From NCBI GenBank assembly GCA_964607155.1, contig CAZSIF010000009.1, forward strand, positions 6,795 to 70,794: a DNA stretch of 64,000 nucleotides. Reading direction: 5' to 3'. Below are positions 54,386 through 62,804 of the stretch, piece after piece. The notes below the pieces were generated by a model. It searched no databases and had not been told where the DNA came from. It saw only the letters and a list, made by a program, of their open reading frames with translations. The translations under genes were made by a program, and so were the position numbers. Source of the DNA: an uncultured Oscillospiraceae bacterium (lineage in GTDB: Bacteria > Bacillota > Clostridia > Christensenellales > CAG-314). The stretch's first letter is position 1. The number at the start of each line of letters is the position of its first letter.

Positions 54386-57300
54386 TTAAGCCTCCGCAAC
54401 CTTAAGTACCACATCTTTGATGGCATAGTTGCCTGCCGCATCGACCGCAACGTATCTGATAGTGTAGATGCCCTTTAGGGTGGGAACGTAGGACGTGCTT
54501 CCCGTGACGTTTATCATGTTATTGTAGGTATCGATGACAAACACAAATTGCTTTTCCACGCCAACATCATCGGATGCGCTTGCCGATGGCAGTTTTACCT
54601 CTGAGCCTACACGCACGACAATTTCCGTATCGTTAACGTCAATTGTGGGCGCAACGTTATCGCGAACGTTTACCACCATGGAGTGCCTTGCGAGATTGTT
54701 GTTTTCATCGCGAGCACTGTAAATGACGTTATATTCACCATATTCGCTAAGCGTGAGCGTATGCTCCTCGCTTGCAGATGCATCCCTTAGCAGATACGAC
54801 GTGCCCTTGAATACACTTACTGTAACGGTGGTATCAAAACCAAGCACGTCAAACGCCTTTGCCTTTGTAATAACCAACTGCTCGCCCTTGTTTACCGAGC
54901 GTTGAATTTCACCCTCGGTTACAATTACGGGGTTGGTGTAATCGCCGTCGTTTTCCATCAACAACTGGTTGCCGATTTTGTACAGCTGTAACTGTCCCAA
55001 GCCCTCAACGCCCTCTGCACTAAGCCTTACATTGATTTCATCAGAGAATCCCGTAAAGCGCGTTCCATCGGAGTAGTATTTGACGTAACCGACAGTTAAA
55101 CCAGAAGAATCCTTGATTGAATAATCGTCGTTATCGTAGGCGATGCGCATTCTTTTTACTGTCTCGAAGAAGCAACCCTCGATAGACAGCGTTTGCAAAC
55201 CGTTGACGGAAACCGCCGTGGTTTTATCGGCAAAGCCGCCCTTTGTTGCCGTGAACACGACTTTCTTGGAGGAATCTACGGAATCGATAAGCTCCAACGT
55301 TACGGCGTTGAAGTTGTTTGCGCTTGCAGGCACATCGAAAGTAAGCTCAAACCCATGCGAATAAATACTCTTAACAAACTCGATGGAATTGTTACCTTGG
55401 CTGAACTCGAACAGAATACAGTCCTCCGTCTGCTCAACCTTGTCCATGCCCTCCGTCTTGAAATATCTTTTCAGCACCAAACCGTCGTTGCTGTCGTAAA
55501 GACTAATTAACGTTGCATTATAGACGAGCGTTGCCTTTTTGCCACTTGCCGCAGTTGCAATATACTTTACTGTAATGGGCGTTTCCGCAAGCTCGCTTTT
55601 CGGCGAATATTTGCGGTCTGCACCAAGCTTGACGTTTTCCCCATTCGCCGTTACTTCCACCGATATTGCGGCAGGCTTATCGGCAACGTAATCGTACGCC
55701 TCGGCTTCGGGCAGCGTGACCGTTCTGCCGGAAATAAACACTTCTGGTAGCACCGGGAACCTTGTCCAAATAGGCTCCTCGCTAAGAGAAACAACAATAC
55801 GCCCTGCCGATGCCGTGGATGTCACACCGAGATAGTCCTTTACCGTATAGGTAATAACGTATTCATCTGCAACCGTCGGGGTGAACGACAATGCGTCAGC
55901 CTTGTATTCAGTGCCAGTCTTTTTGCCCTTTGCCGTAACGGAAACAACGTTAAGTCCGCTACCGCCGCTAACGACGTACTCGGGCAGGGGCACCTTTTCG
56001 CCGACGCGCGCCGTTTTTGTCAACTCGCTAGCAATGGATATCTCAAGCTGTTCCACCGCAGTGTACGCATTGATAATGTATTTGACTGTTACCGAGTTAC
56101 CGGCACGGTCGGTTGCGCAGAATACCATATAGTACTCACCCTCAGCATCGGGAACAAACGCTTCGTTTTGGGCAAGCACGTTACCGTTCCTATCCGTGAC
56201 GACAACGCTCAAATCCGCTTCCGTGTTGTTATCGCGAACCTCCACGGGCAAAACGGGATATTCCTTACCGACAACCGCATCGGGGATATCCTCCGTATCG
56301 AACCCCGCAATAATCGTGGGCGACACGCAATCGCCGTAGAATTTGCCGTAAATTCTGTTGCCGTCAATTTCGTTAATAAGTATGCTTGCGCTTTCTGCAG
56401 AAAGCTCACGCAGCGTTACGGAAAGTATTGCCTTGCCGCCAAAACCTTCCCACGCTTGCGAAAAGTATTCGCTATCGTCCAAATCGCAAACAAGCTTGCT
56501 ACCAATATAAACGCATTTACTTTCATAATCCAAACGCACGTCAATAAACTGCTCGGTTATATCAACATAATTAGCAATGCCGTAAAAGCTGTGGAACACC
56601 TTTGTTCCGCCGCCGAGATTGGACTCCACCGTGCCACTGTTGCTACGTCCGGCAGGGGTTTGCTGCGCACTACCCGCGCGCACCATGCTCATATCACTAT
56701 CCGTTGCCGGCGTAATTAAAAGCGTGATATAGTTTGTCGGATCCGTCGTATCGGTAAGCTTAATGGCTATTTGTCCCATGCTTGCCACTCCGACGCGCAC
56801 AGGCAATGCCATCAGGGAAACAAGCGTATCGTTTTTGGTTTTGGAACGAATGTCAATTTCGCGAGAATAGGTCACCGTTCCGTTTGCGACCGTTGTGGTT
56901 GCGATAAGCCCCGATAAGCGAGCATGTAAATCGGACGAGCCGTTAACTACGCTTACTCCGCCGCTGCAACCAAGCAACTCTGCATTTTCGTCGAAGGCAT
57001 AAATATACAAATTACTTTCCAGCGCCGTGTCGCCTACCGTTGCGGAATACACAACCGTGTAGCGTCCTTCAAGGTCTGCCTTGTACGGTGCGCCAACAAC
57101 GCTTCCGTCGGGAGCAATCACCTTGATAGCCGCATCGATATCTGTATCGCCGACCGTCCATTTTGCCGCAGGCACCTTTAGTTCCGTACCTTTTTTGACA
57201 TAAGTGTTGTAACCTTCGGTTATCTTCAAGCCGTTATCTGCAAGTACGCCAACCGGCACCGATACGGTGTACTCCTTGCCGTAAAGCCCCGTGGAATCCT

Positions 57301-58438
57301 TGGCTTTATAACTGACCTTGTACACTCCTCCCTGAGCGGTAATTATTTGCGCACCGTTTTCCCAAACACAATAGCCATTTGCATCTGCTTCAAGCGTCCT
57401 ATCGCCCACCTTAACGACAACGTTGCTGCCGTCCGGCGCCTCAGCCTTAACCAATCCGTCAAATGCCGTTTTGCCATCGATAACGTCATAGCAATCGGGC
57501 GCCGGTAACGTCAAAGTGCCGCCGACAGAACTCTGTAAAGCATCGGGCAATGAGCAAACAGGACCGGCTCCGTTAATTACAACCGAACTGGAAAGGCTTT
57601 GCCCGTTAATGGAATAAATTATTGCAGATGCGGTTTTTCCGTTTTTGACGGAATCGAACACAATGGAAACGCTGTACTCGGCAAAGCCGTCAAGAGTGGA
57701 CGACACAGTCCGTCCGTCAAGCTCAAGCTCGGACATATCCCAAATAAGGCGTTTTTCACTCGAATATGCGTTATAGCCATAGTTATAGCCGTAAACCCTC
57801 ATTTCCGCAGGATCAAACACTATGCGCACAGGCTGCACGTTCGCAGCGGAGTAGCTACCTGCGGATACCGCCATGTTGGAAAAGCTTGTTCCGTACAAAT
57901 AGGTGTACACTCCTGCGGCATTGTAGCCGCCTGTACTACCGCACGCTTTGTTATCGCGATAGTAATAAACGCCTGCGCGATAGCCCTTCGTGGCAACGGA
58001 TGCGTTTACGGTAACGTTGTTGCCGTCCGCTCCGCCCGTAAGCCTTACTGCAAAACTCTTGGACGAATCGCTCGCATCGGTAAACACAAGGCTCATTTCG
58101 TCCAAATCCTGATAGCTGTTTTCAAAGCTACCACCCTCAATAACACTGCCGCTAAATGTTGCCTGCGAATATGGCAAAAAGCTGATGTCGAATTCGCCGC
58201 AAACAGTATCCTTAAGGGATATACTTGCGCCATCGGTTTTTGAGGATATTCCCAAGCCCCTATCTGCAACAGCAATGCCCGTCGATTCCGGCACGGCAAC
58301 GTTCGTGTCAACGTACATGCCGTCCGCGTCGAACAAGCTGTACTGGAAAACTGTCGCATCGGCAACGATGGACGTTCCCGCGGCTATCAGCAAGCAGCAC
58401 GCGACGGCGAGCGTAAAGATAATTCTCTTTTTCTTCAT
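54386..58438 (-). CDS. 1350-aa secreted protein: three [jelly-roll-like ~230-aa module + 2-3 Ig-like (DUF5011-like) domains] units; function unknown
   Basis: Signal peptide MKKKRIIFTLAVACCLLIAAGTSIVADA. Ig-like domains end in '...Y.V.Y.A.D..GN.....V.V'. No LPXTG, lipobox or C-terminal TM. The ATG overlaps the permease stop (ATGA at 58435-58438). Confidence 0.8.
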   Translation of the reverse strand: MKKKRIIFTLAVACCLLIAAGTSIVADATVFQYSLFDADGMYVDTNVAVPESTGIAVADRGLGISSKTDGASISLKDTVCGEFDISFLPYSQATFSGSVIEGGSFENSYQDLDEMSLVFTDASDSSKSFAVRLTGGADGNNVTVNASVATKGYRAGVYYYRDNKACGSTGGYNAAGVYTYLYGTSFSNMAVSAGSYSAANVQPVRIVFDPAEMRVYGYNYGYNAYSSEKRLIWDMSELELDGRTVSSTLDGFAEYSVSIVFDSVKNGKTASAIIYSINGQSLSSSVVINGAGPVCSLPDALQSSVGGTLTLPAPDCYDVIDGKTAFDGLVKAEAPDGSNVVVKVGDRTLEADANGYCVWENGAQIITAQGGVYKVSYKAKDSTGLYGKEYTVSVPVGVLADNGLKITEGYNTYVKKGTELKVPAAKWTVGDTDIDAAIKVIAPDGSVVGAPYKADLEGRYTVVYSATVGDTALESNLYIYAFDENAELLGCSGGVSVVNGSSDLHARLSGLIATTTVANGTVTYSREIDIRSKTKNDTLVSLMALPVRVGVASMGQIAIKLTDTTDPTNYITLLITPATDSDMSMVRAGSAQQTPAGRSNSGTVESNLGGGTKVFHSFYGIANYVDITEQFIDVRLDYESKCVYIGSKLVCDLDDSEYFSQAWEGFGGKAILSVTLRELSAESASILINEIDGNRIYGKFYGDCVSPTIIAGFDTEDIPDAVVGKEYPVLPVEVRDNNTEADLSVVVTDRNGNVLAQNEAFVPDAEGEYYMVFCATDRAGNSVTVKYIINAYTAVEQLEISIASELTKTARVGEKVPLPEYVVSGGSGLNVVSVTAKGKKTGTEYKADALSFTPTVADEYVITYTVKDYLGVTSTASAGRIVVSLSEEPIWTRFPVLPEVFISGRTVTLPEAEAYDYVADKPAAISVEVTANGENVKLGADRKYSPKSELAETPITVKYIATAASGKKATLVYNATLISLYDSNDGLVLKRYFKTEGMDKVEQTEDCILFEFSQGNNSIEFVKSIYSHGFELTFDVPASANNFNAVTLELIDSVDSSKKVVFTATKGGFADKTTAVSVNGLQTLSIEGCFFETVKRMRIAYDNDDYSIKDSSGLTVGYVKYYSDGTRFTGFSDEINVRLSAEGVEGLGQLQLYKIGNQLLMENDGDYTNPVIVTEGEIQRSVNKGEQLVITKAKAFDVLGFDTTVTVSVFKGTSYLLRDASASEEHTLTLSEYGEYNVIYSARDENNNLARHSMVVNVRDNVAPTIDVNDTEIVVRVGSEVKLPSASASDDVGVEKQFVFVIDTYNNMINVTGSTSYVPTLKGIYTIRYVAVDAAGNYAIKDVVLKVAEA

Positions 58439-59367
58439 CCTTTCAATCCTCCTACAGTTAGATTTCCAATCAATTTATCCTTCATTACCAAAAACAGCAC
58501 GAATATTGGTGCAAACACAATCATACAGCCTGCTATTTTCATCGGAACCGAGCTTATTGCCGAATCGGTTGCCTGCTGGAAGCGGAACAAACCGTATGCA
58601 GCAACAGGATGGTTTGGCATAAACATCATGGGAACGTAGTAATCATTCCAATAACCGATAAACGCCAGTAACATAACGACCGAGATGACAGGCTTTATCA
58701 TGGGTATCATTATTTTGACCATAACGCGGAAGTGCGACGCACCGTCCACAAAGGCAGCCTCGGCATAATCCCAAGGCAAGTTTTTGAAGGCGGAATAGAA
58801 TATTAAATAATTCATTCCCAAAAAGTTAGCCTTCATTATAAACATACCCCACACCGTATCGTACAAGCCCAAATTGCGTGACATTTCCAATTCAGAGGGC
58901 AAGCTGCCCACTACCGGAAGTATCATCGTGATGATAACGATGCTGTACACCACCTTGGAAAAACGATAATTGTATTTGCTCGTAACATATGCCACAAGAC
59001 ATGTTACCGCAGTATTGACAATGGAGCAGCCCATCGAATAAATAAAGCTGTTAAGCAGCATTTCCGGCAAGTATACCTTGCGTGCCACGTCCCCGTCCAT
59101 AACGGTTACGCTAAACTTTCGCAGTGCCGTCAGATAGTTGCTAAACTTCCATTCGCTCGGTATACCGAACGGATCGGTTTGAAATTCATACTGCGTTTTT
59201 ACCGACGAAAACAACGCCCAGATAAACAGCGTCAGCATTGCCACGGAGTACGCCGCCATAAGCACAAAGGTCAGTATGGTTGCCGCATTTGGCTTACTTT
59301 TAACTCCGCCGACTTCGGTATTATCGGATTTGCGATTTGCGATTTTACCATTTAATAAAGCTCTCAT
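58435..59367 (-). CDS. Carbohydrate ABC transporter permease (LplC/MalG-type)
   Basis: Six TM helices. EAA-type loop 'DYAEAAFVDGASHFRVMVKIMIPM'. Start set to ATG 59367 (GGAGG SD, 4 nt after the upstream stop) rather than the track's 59415. Confidence 0.85.
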   Translation of the reverse strand: MRALLNGKIANRKSDNTEVGGVKSKPNAATILTFVLMAAYSVAMLTLFIWALFSSVKTQYEFQTDPFGIPSEWKFSNYLTALRKFSVTVMDGDVARKVYLPEMLLNSFIYSMGCSIVNTAVTCLVAYVTSKYNYRFSKVVYSIVIITMILPVVGSLPSELEMSRNLGLYDTVWGMFIMKANFLGMNYLIFYSAFKNLPWDYAEAAFVDGASHFRVMVKIMIPMIKPVISVVMLLAFIGYWNDYYVPMMFMPNHPVAAYGLFRFQQATDSAISSVPMKIAGCMIVFAPIFVLFLVMKDKLIGNLTVGGLKG

Positions 59368-59371
59368 ATCC

Positions 59372-60337
59372 TCAATCCTCCGACGGTCCGAATTTTTCCA
59401 TCGCCCACTTGACAAGCAGCGTTACGGGGGCAGCAACAAGCGTAAAGGCAATACCTGCCGCCGAGGCATAAGGATACTCCGTGTAACTACTACTATCTGT
59501 TGCCACCTTCAAAAACAGCCAATAGCCTATGGTATAGTTTTGCGGATCGGCACCTATACCGTAAAAACTGTACAGGGCGGCTTGACTTGTAAAAAACGTC
59601 GCTATGCCAAAAACCATCTGCATGGTTATGGTGGGATAAATGGATGGCAATATTATGTGCCAAATTTCCCGCCAAGCGTTTGCGCCATCCAGCTTGCAAC
59701 TTTCGATAAGACTATTATCGATACGGGACATTGCTCCCGTGTAAAGCAGCATGCCCGTGCCGAAACCGGTCAACATCAAAAAGATAACTATCATCATCAT
59801 TGCGGTATCGGGGTTGTACAACAGCCCCAGTACGCGCACGTTAAACCACTTTTCCAATAATGTAGGAATGCCGCCATCCACAAAGTATTTGTACATAAGT
59901 ACCAAAACGATGCCGGGGATTATCGTCGGCAAAAACAGCATTACCTTAAAAAATCCGCTTATCGTGCGTTTTTTGTAGATATAGTAGGAAAATAATATAC
60001 TTATCGGCGTAATTAACAGCACGGTAAATAGCCACACAACAAATGAGTTTTCAAAGCAGTACCTCAAAACCTCGTTGTTTGCCACATCCACAAAAAATTG
60101 TTTGTAGTTTGCAAACAGCTCGCCGAAATCCAGCCATTGAAAGCCGTCCGCCACGGTGTATTCCTTAAAGGACAACAACAGTGAGTTGACATTGACGCCA
60201 ATATAAAAAATGCAAAACTGCAATAACGGCAACGCCAATACCGACCAATAAAATATCTTGGCGCCACGCTTCTTTTTTTTCTTGAGCAACTTTGCTCCGT
60301 TCGGCAACGCCGTCGAATTGTTTTTTGTGTTTTTCAT
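59372..60337 (-). CDS. Carbohydrate ABC transporter permease (LplB/MalF-type)
   Basis: 'KKKKRGAKIFYWSVLALPLLQFCIFYI' LplB-type N-terminus. EAA loop 'LIESCKLDGANAWREIWHIILP'. Start set to ATG 60337. Confidence 0.85.
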   Translation of the reverse strand: MKNTKNNSTALPNGAKLLKKKKKRGAKIFYWSVLALPLLQFCIFYIGVNVNSLLLSFKEYTVADGFQWLDFGELFANYKQFFVDVANNEVLRYCFENSFVVWLFTVLLITPISILFSYYIYKKRTISGFFKVMLFLPTIIPGIVLVLMYKYFVDGGIPTLLEKWFNVRVLGLLYNPDTAMMMIVIFLMLTGFGTGMLLYTGAMSRIDNSLIESCKLDGANAWREIWHIILPSIYPTITMQMVFGIATFFTSQAALYSFYGIGADPQNYTIGYWLFLKVATDSSSYTEYPYASAAGIAFTLVAAPVTLLVKWAMEKFGPSED

Positions 60338-60380
60338 AAAAATCTCTTTACAAACAACTGTATCAACTAATATATAGCGC

Positions 60381-60431
60381 AAAACGTCGAGAGGTTTTCG
60401 GGAAAACCCCCTTGCGCCTTCTCGACGTTTT
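60381..60431 (-). other. Compound intercistronic stem-loop after the binding-protein gene
   Basis: Outer arms AAAACGTCGAGAGG / CCTTCTCGACGTTTT (one bulge) enclose the inner hairpin GTTTT-CGGG-AAAAC. T4 follows on the minus strand. Confidence 0.5.
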
Positions 60432-60443
60432 ATAAAGTCTTAT

Positions 60444-62108
60444 TTATTTGAGTGTTGCCCACTTACCCTGCTGATACTTGAACATTCCGTTAAAGTAGTC
60501 ATCTACTGAAAGCGTCGAATCTGCGGCAAATGCCTTGAACGGATTGTTGTACAGCTTACTGCCAATGCTGGTGCTCCACTCCCACTCGTCGCGGAAGTAG
60601 GTCATGTTAGCATTGCGCTTTGAGCAACGTGATACGTCGTGAACGACGCTTACGGCGTTTTCACCCTTATACATATCGTAGATGTATTGTGAAAAATACG
60701 TCAGTTTGTTGTACTGCTCGGTTGTGAGCGTGTACTTGTACGGACGGCACATGCCCGTGTAAGTGTTAAACACCTGCAAAGAGCTTTCCGTGTGCATAAA
60801 CTGCAAAAAATCTTTTGCAAGCTCAAGCTTATCGCCGGAATTCGCATTGATAAACATACAGCAGGTGGATGACGTGCTTAGCACGGTTTCTCCCTCGGCG
60901 GAACCTTCCGTCTTGGGAATGGGCATATAGGCAAATCTGCGGTTGCCGTACGCCCACTTTTCTCCGTACATATTTGCCATATCGCCAAAGCCGGTGGTAA
61001 ACTTTTGTGCCTCGTTTTCCCACCAGTCCGATTCCAAAAACATCGCAACCGGTTGCTCGCCGCGCGGATAGCTTATCAAATACTCGTACTGCGCGCCAAG
61101 ATGGTCGTTTGTCGTTCCGCCGCTGGAAAGCGTATGGTTGCCTTGGTCGCTAACAAGATCTTTAACAAATTTAAGTGCGTATTTTTTACCGCTTTGCTTT
61201 TGCAACAGGTACGCATTGCTTGCGTCTATCGTTGTGGACACCTCGTCACCCTCAAATTTGTAACTTCCGTCAAGCGTGTAGTTAAGACTAAAATTATCGT
61301 AACCCTCGTAATCTACCCACCACGCAGTAGAAATCATTTGCTGATAAACGGAAATGCCGCCGCTCCAAATAAACGGAGTGCAGTTGCGCTTTTTGATTGT
61401 TTTTACAAGCTGTTGGAATTGCGCATAGGTTGCGGGCATACCGTCATCGCGCGTGCCCTTAACACCGTCCGGACCTGCGGATTTTTCCTTAGCACCTGCC
61501 AAGCCCGTGGTGTACTGAACAGACGTATCCGTGGAGCCATCGGCAATATAAAAGCCCTTTTCTTCCCACAAATCCACGTCGTAAATGATGCCGCAGTGGG
61601 ACATATAGCTGGGAAGTGCATAATACTTGTTGTTTGTATTAACTCCGCCGTAGTATTCCTTCAATCCTTCGTCATCGATTTTATCCGCGATGGACATTGT
61701 TTCGTTGTATTTTGTTAACGGCTCGGTTACGATATCCGTTATGTCGGCGATTTTGCCGTCGTTGACCAAATCGTAGTAATACTGCTTTTCCGCAATATAA
61801 ATCTGGTGCTTGTCCGTTTTGATGCTTGCTTTAAGCGTATCAGGGACAAATGACGGTTTGTCGTTTGTAATTAGTATTTGCACGTCGGGGTGCAATAGCT
61901 CATATTGTCTTTTAAGTTCTTGTAACCAACCGTCGCCCGCGCCGCCATAGTAATTACCTATACGCAGCTGGGTGCGGTTGGGATCAACCTCCTCCTGCTC
62001 CTCGCCTTCTACTTCACCAAAGCCGTCGCAACCGACAAGCGTTGCGCACACAGAGGTTAGCAGGCATAGCACAAGAATCCAAACCATCAACATAGAAATT
62101 TTTTTCAT
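60444..62108 (-). CDS. Large (554 aa) family-1 extracellular solute-binding lipoprotein (LplA-type)
   Basis: Lipobox CATLVGC|D followed by an acidic linker. First gene in front of two CUT1-type permeases. AGGAGA SD. Confidence 0.8.
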   Translation of the reverse strand: MKKISMLMVWILVLCLLTSVCATLVGCDGFGEVEGEEQEEVDPNRTQLRIGNYYGGAGDGWLQELKRQYELLHPDVQILITNDKPSFVPDTLKASIKTDKHQIYIAEKQYYYDLVNDGKIADITDIVTEPLTKYNETMSIADKIDDEGLKEYYGGVNTNNKYYALPSYMSHCGIIYDVDLWEEKGFYIADGSTDTSVQYTTGLAGAKEKSAGPDGVKGTRDDGMPATYAQFQQLVKTIKKRNCTPFIWSGGISVYQQMISTAWWVDYEGYDNFSLNYTLDGSYKFEGDEVSTTIDASNAYLLQKQSGKKYALKFVKDLVSDQGNHTLSSGGTTNDHLGAQYEYLISYPRGEQPVAMFLESDWWENEAQKFTTGFGDMANMYGEKWAYGNRRFAYMPIPKTEGSAEGETVLSTSSTCCMFINANSGDKLELAKDFLQFMHTESSLQVFNTYTGMCRPYKYTLTTEQYNKLTYFSQYIYDMYKGENAVSVVHDVSRCSKRNANMTYFRDEWEWSTSIGSKLYNNPFKAFAADSTLSVDDYFNGMFKYQQGKWATLK

Positions 62109-62211
62109 AGTGATTCTCCTAACCGTTATTTTTTATCGAAAATCACGCATTTTTGCCATTTTTTAGACGAAAAACAGCCGATTTTTACAATGCGTAAACT
62201 TTCCCAAAAAT

Positions 62212-62220
62212 ATTGTAACA
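62212..62220 (-). promoter_or_regulatory. Candidate extended -10 promoter of the glycan-transport operon
   Basis: Minus strand: TGTTACAAT (TGn + TACAAT), ~100 nt upstream of ATG 62108. No convincing -35. Confidence 0.4.
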
Positions 62221-62410
62221 TATTCAAGCTGTCATCTCTATTCAACCTTTAGGTAAAATTATCCGTCCTGTTTTCAACATTTTGGAGACGTTATCAATTT
62301 TTTGTACTTCTGCCCCTGCTCAACTTTACTTTTTGCTTCCGAGATTTTTATTAAATACAAAAACTTCATTTGGATAAAATCGCACGCTATCCGACATAGG
62401 CAATGACGTT

Positions 62411-62650
62411 ATTATTTGTCATCCTGAGCGAAGGGCGTTAGCGCGCGACTTATTTGTAATGTATTCACGGGAACAAAATTTGATATAGAGCATTACTCTT
62501 GTAAAAGAATAATGAGAATGTCCATGTGTCATCCTAAGTGGTAAGGCAAAGTATTCGTGAAAATGCAATCAACTTATAAAACATTCCCTTTGTAAAAAGC
62601 AATAGCACTTGGTAATGTGTCATCCTGAGCGAAGTGCGATAGCACGCAGT
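62411..62650. repeat. Degenerate tandem repeat (units ~110 and ~91 bp, third unit partial), each starting with TGTCATCCT(G/A)AG(C/T)G
   Basis: The motif starts at 62417, 62527 and 62618. Units 1 and 2 also share 'GTATTC(AC/GT)G' and 'CATT(A/C)C(T/C)CTTGTAAAAG'. Units 1 and 3 share 16 of 16 nt (GTCATCCTGAGCGAAG) plus ~10 of the next 15. Confidence 0.7.
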
Positions 62651-62764
62651 CGAACCCGTTAGGGCGATGCGTAAGCATCGGGATCTACTTCTTTATGTCA
62701 ATTGCATTATCATTGTATCGCCCTCGAATTCTGCTCGCCTACGCCTCTCGCACTGCTACACACG

Positions 62765-62795
62765 AAAAAAGAGCCCTGCACACAAGCAAGGCTCC
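62765..62795 (-). terminator. Rho-independent terminator of the ArsR-like regulator gene
   Basis: Minus strand: GGAGCCTTG-CTTGTGTG-CAGGGCTC followed by T6. It lies 10 nt after the stop at 62805. Confidence 0.75.
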
Positions 62796-62804
62796 TTACG
62801 AACA

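Noticed and set aside
62404-62700. Repeated 13-16-nt motif with ~100-bp spacing, considered as a CRISPR array.
   Set aside because: The repeat is too short and variable and the spacing is too long. The 'spacers' are homologous to each other, which makes this a tandem duplication. There are no cas genes and no leader.
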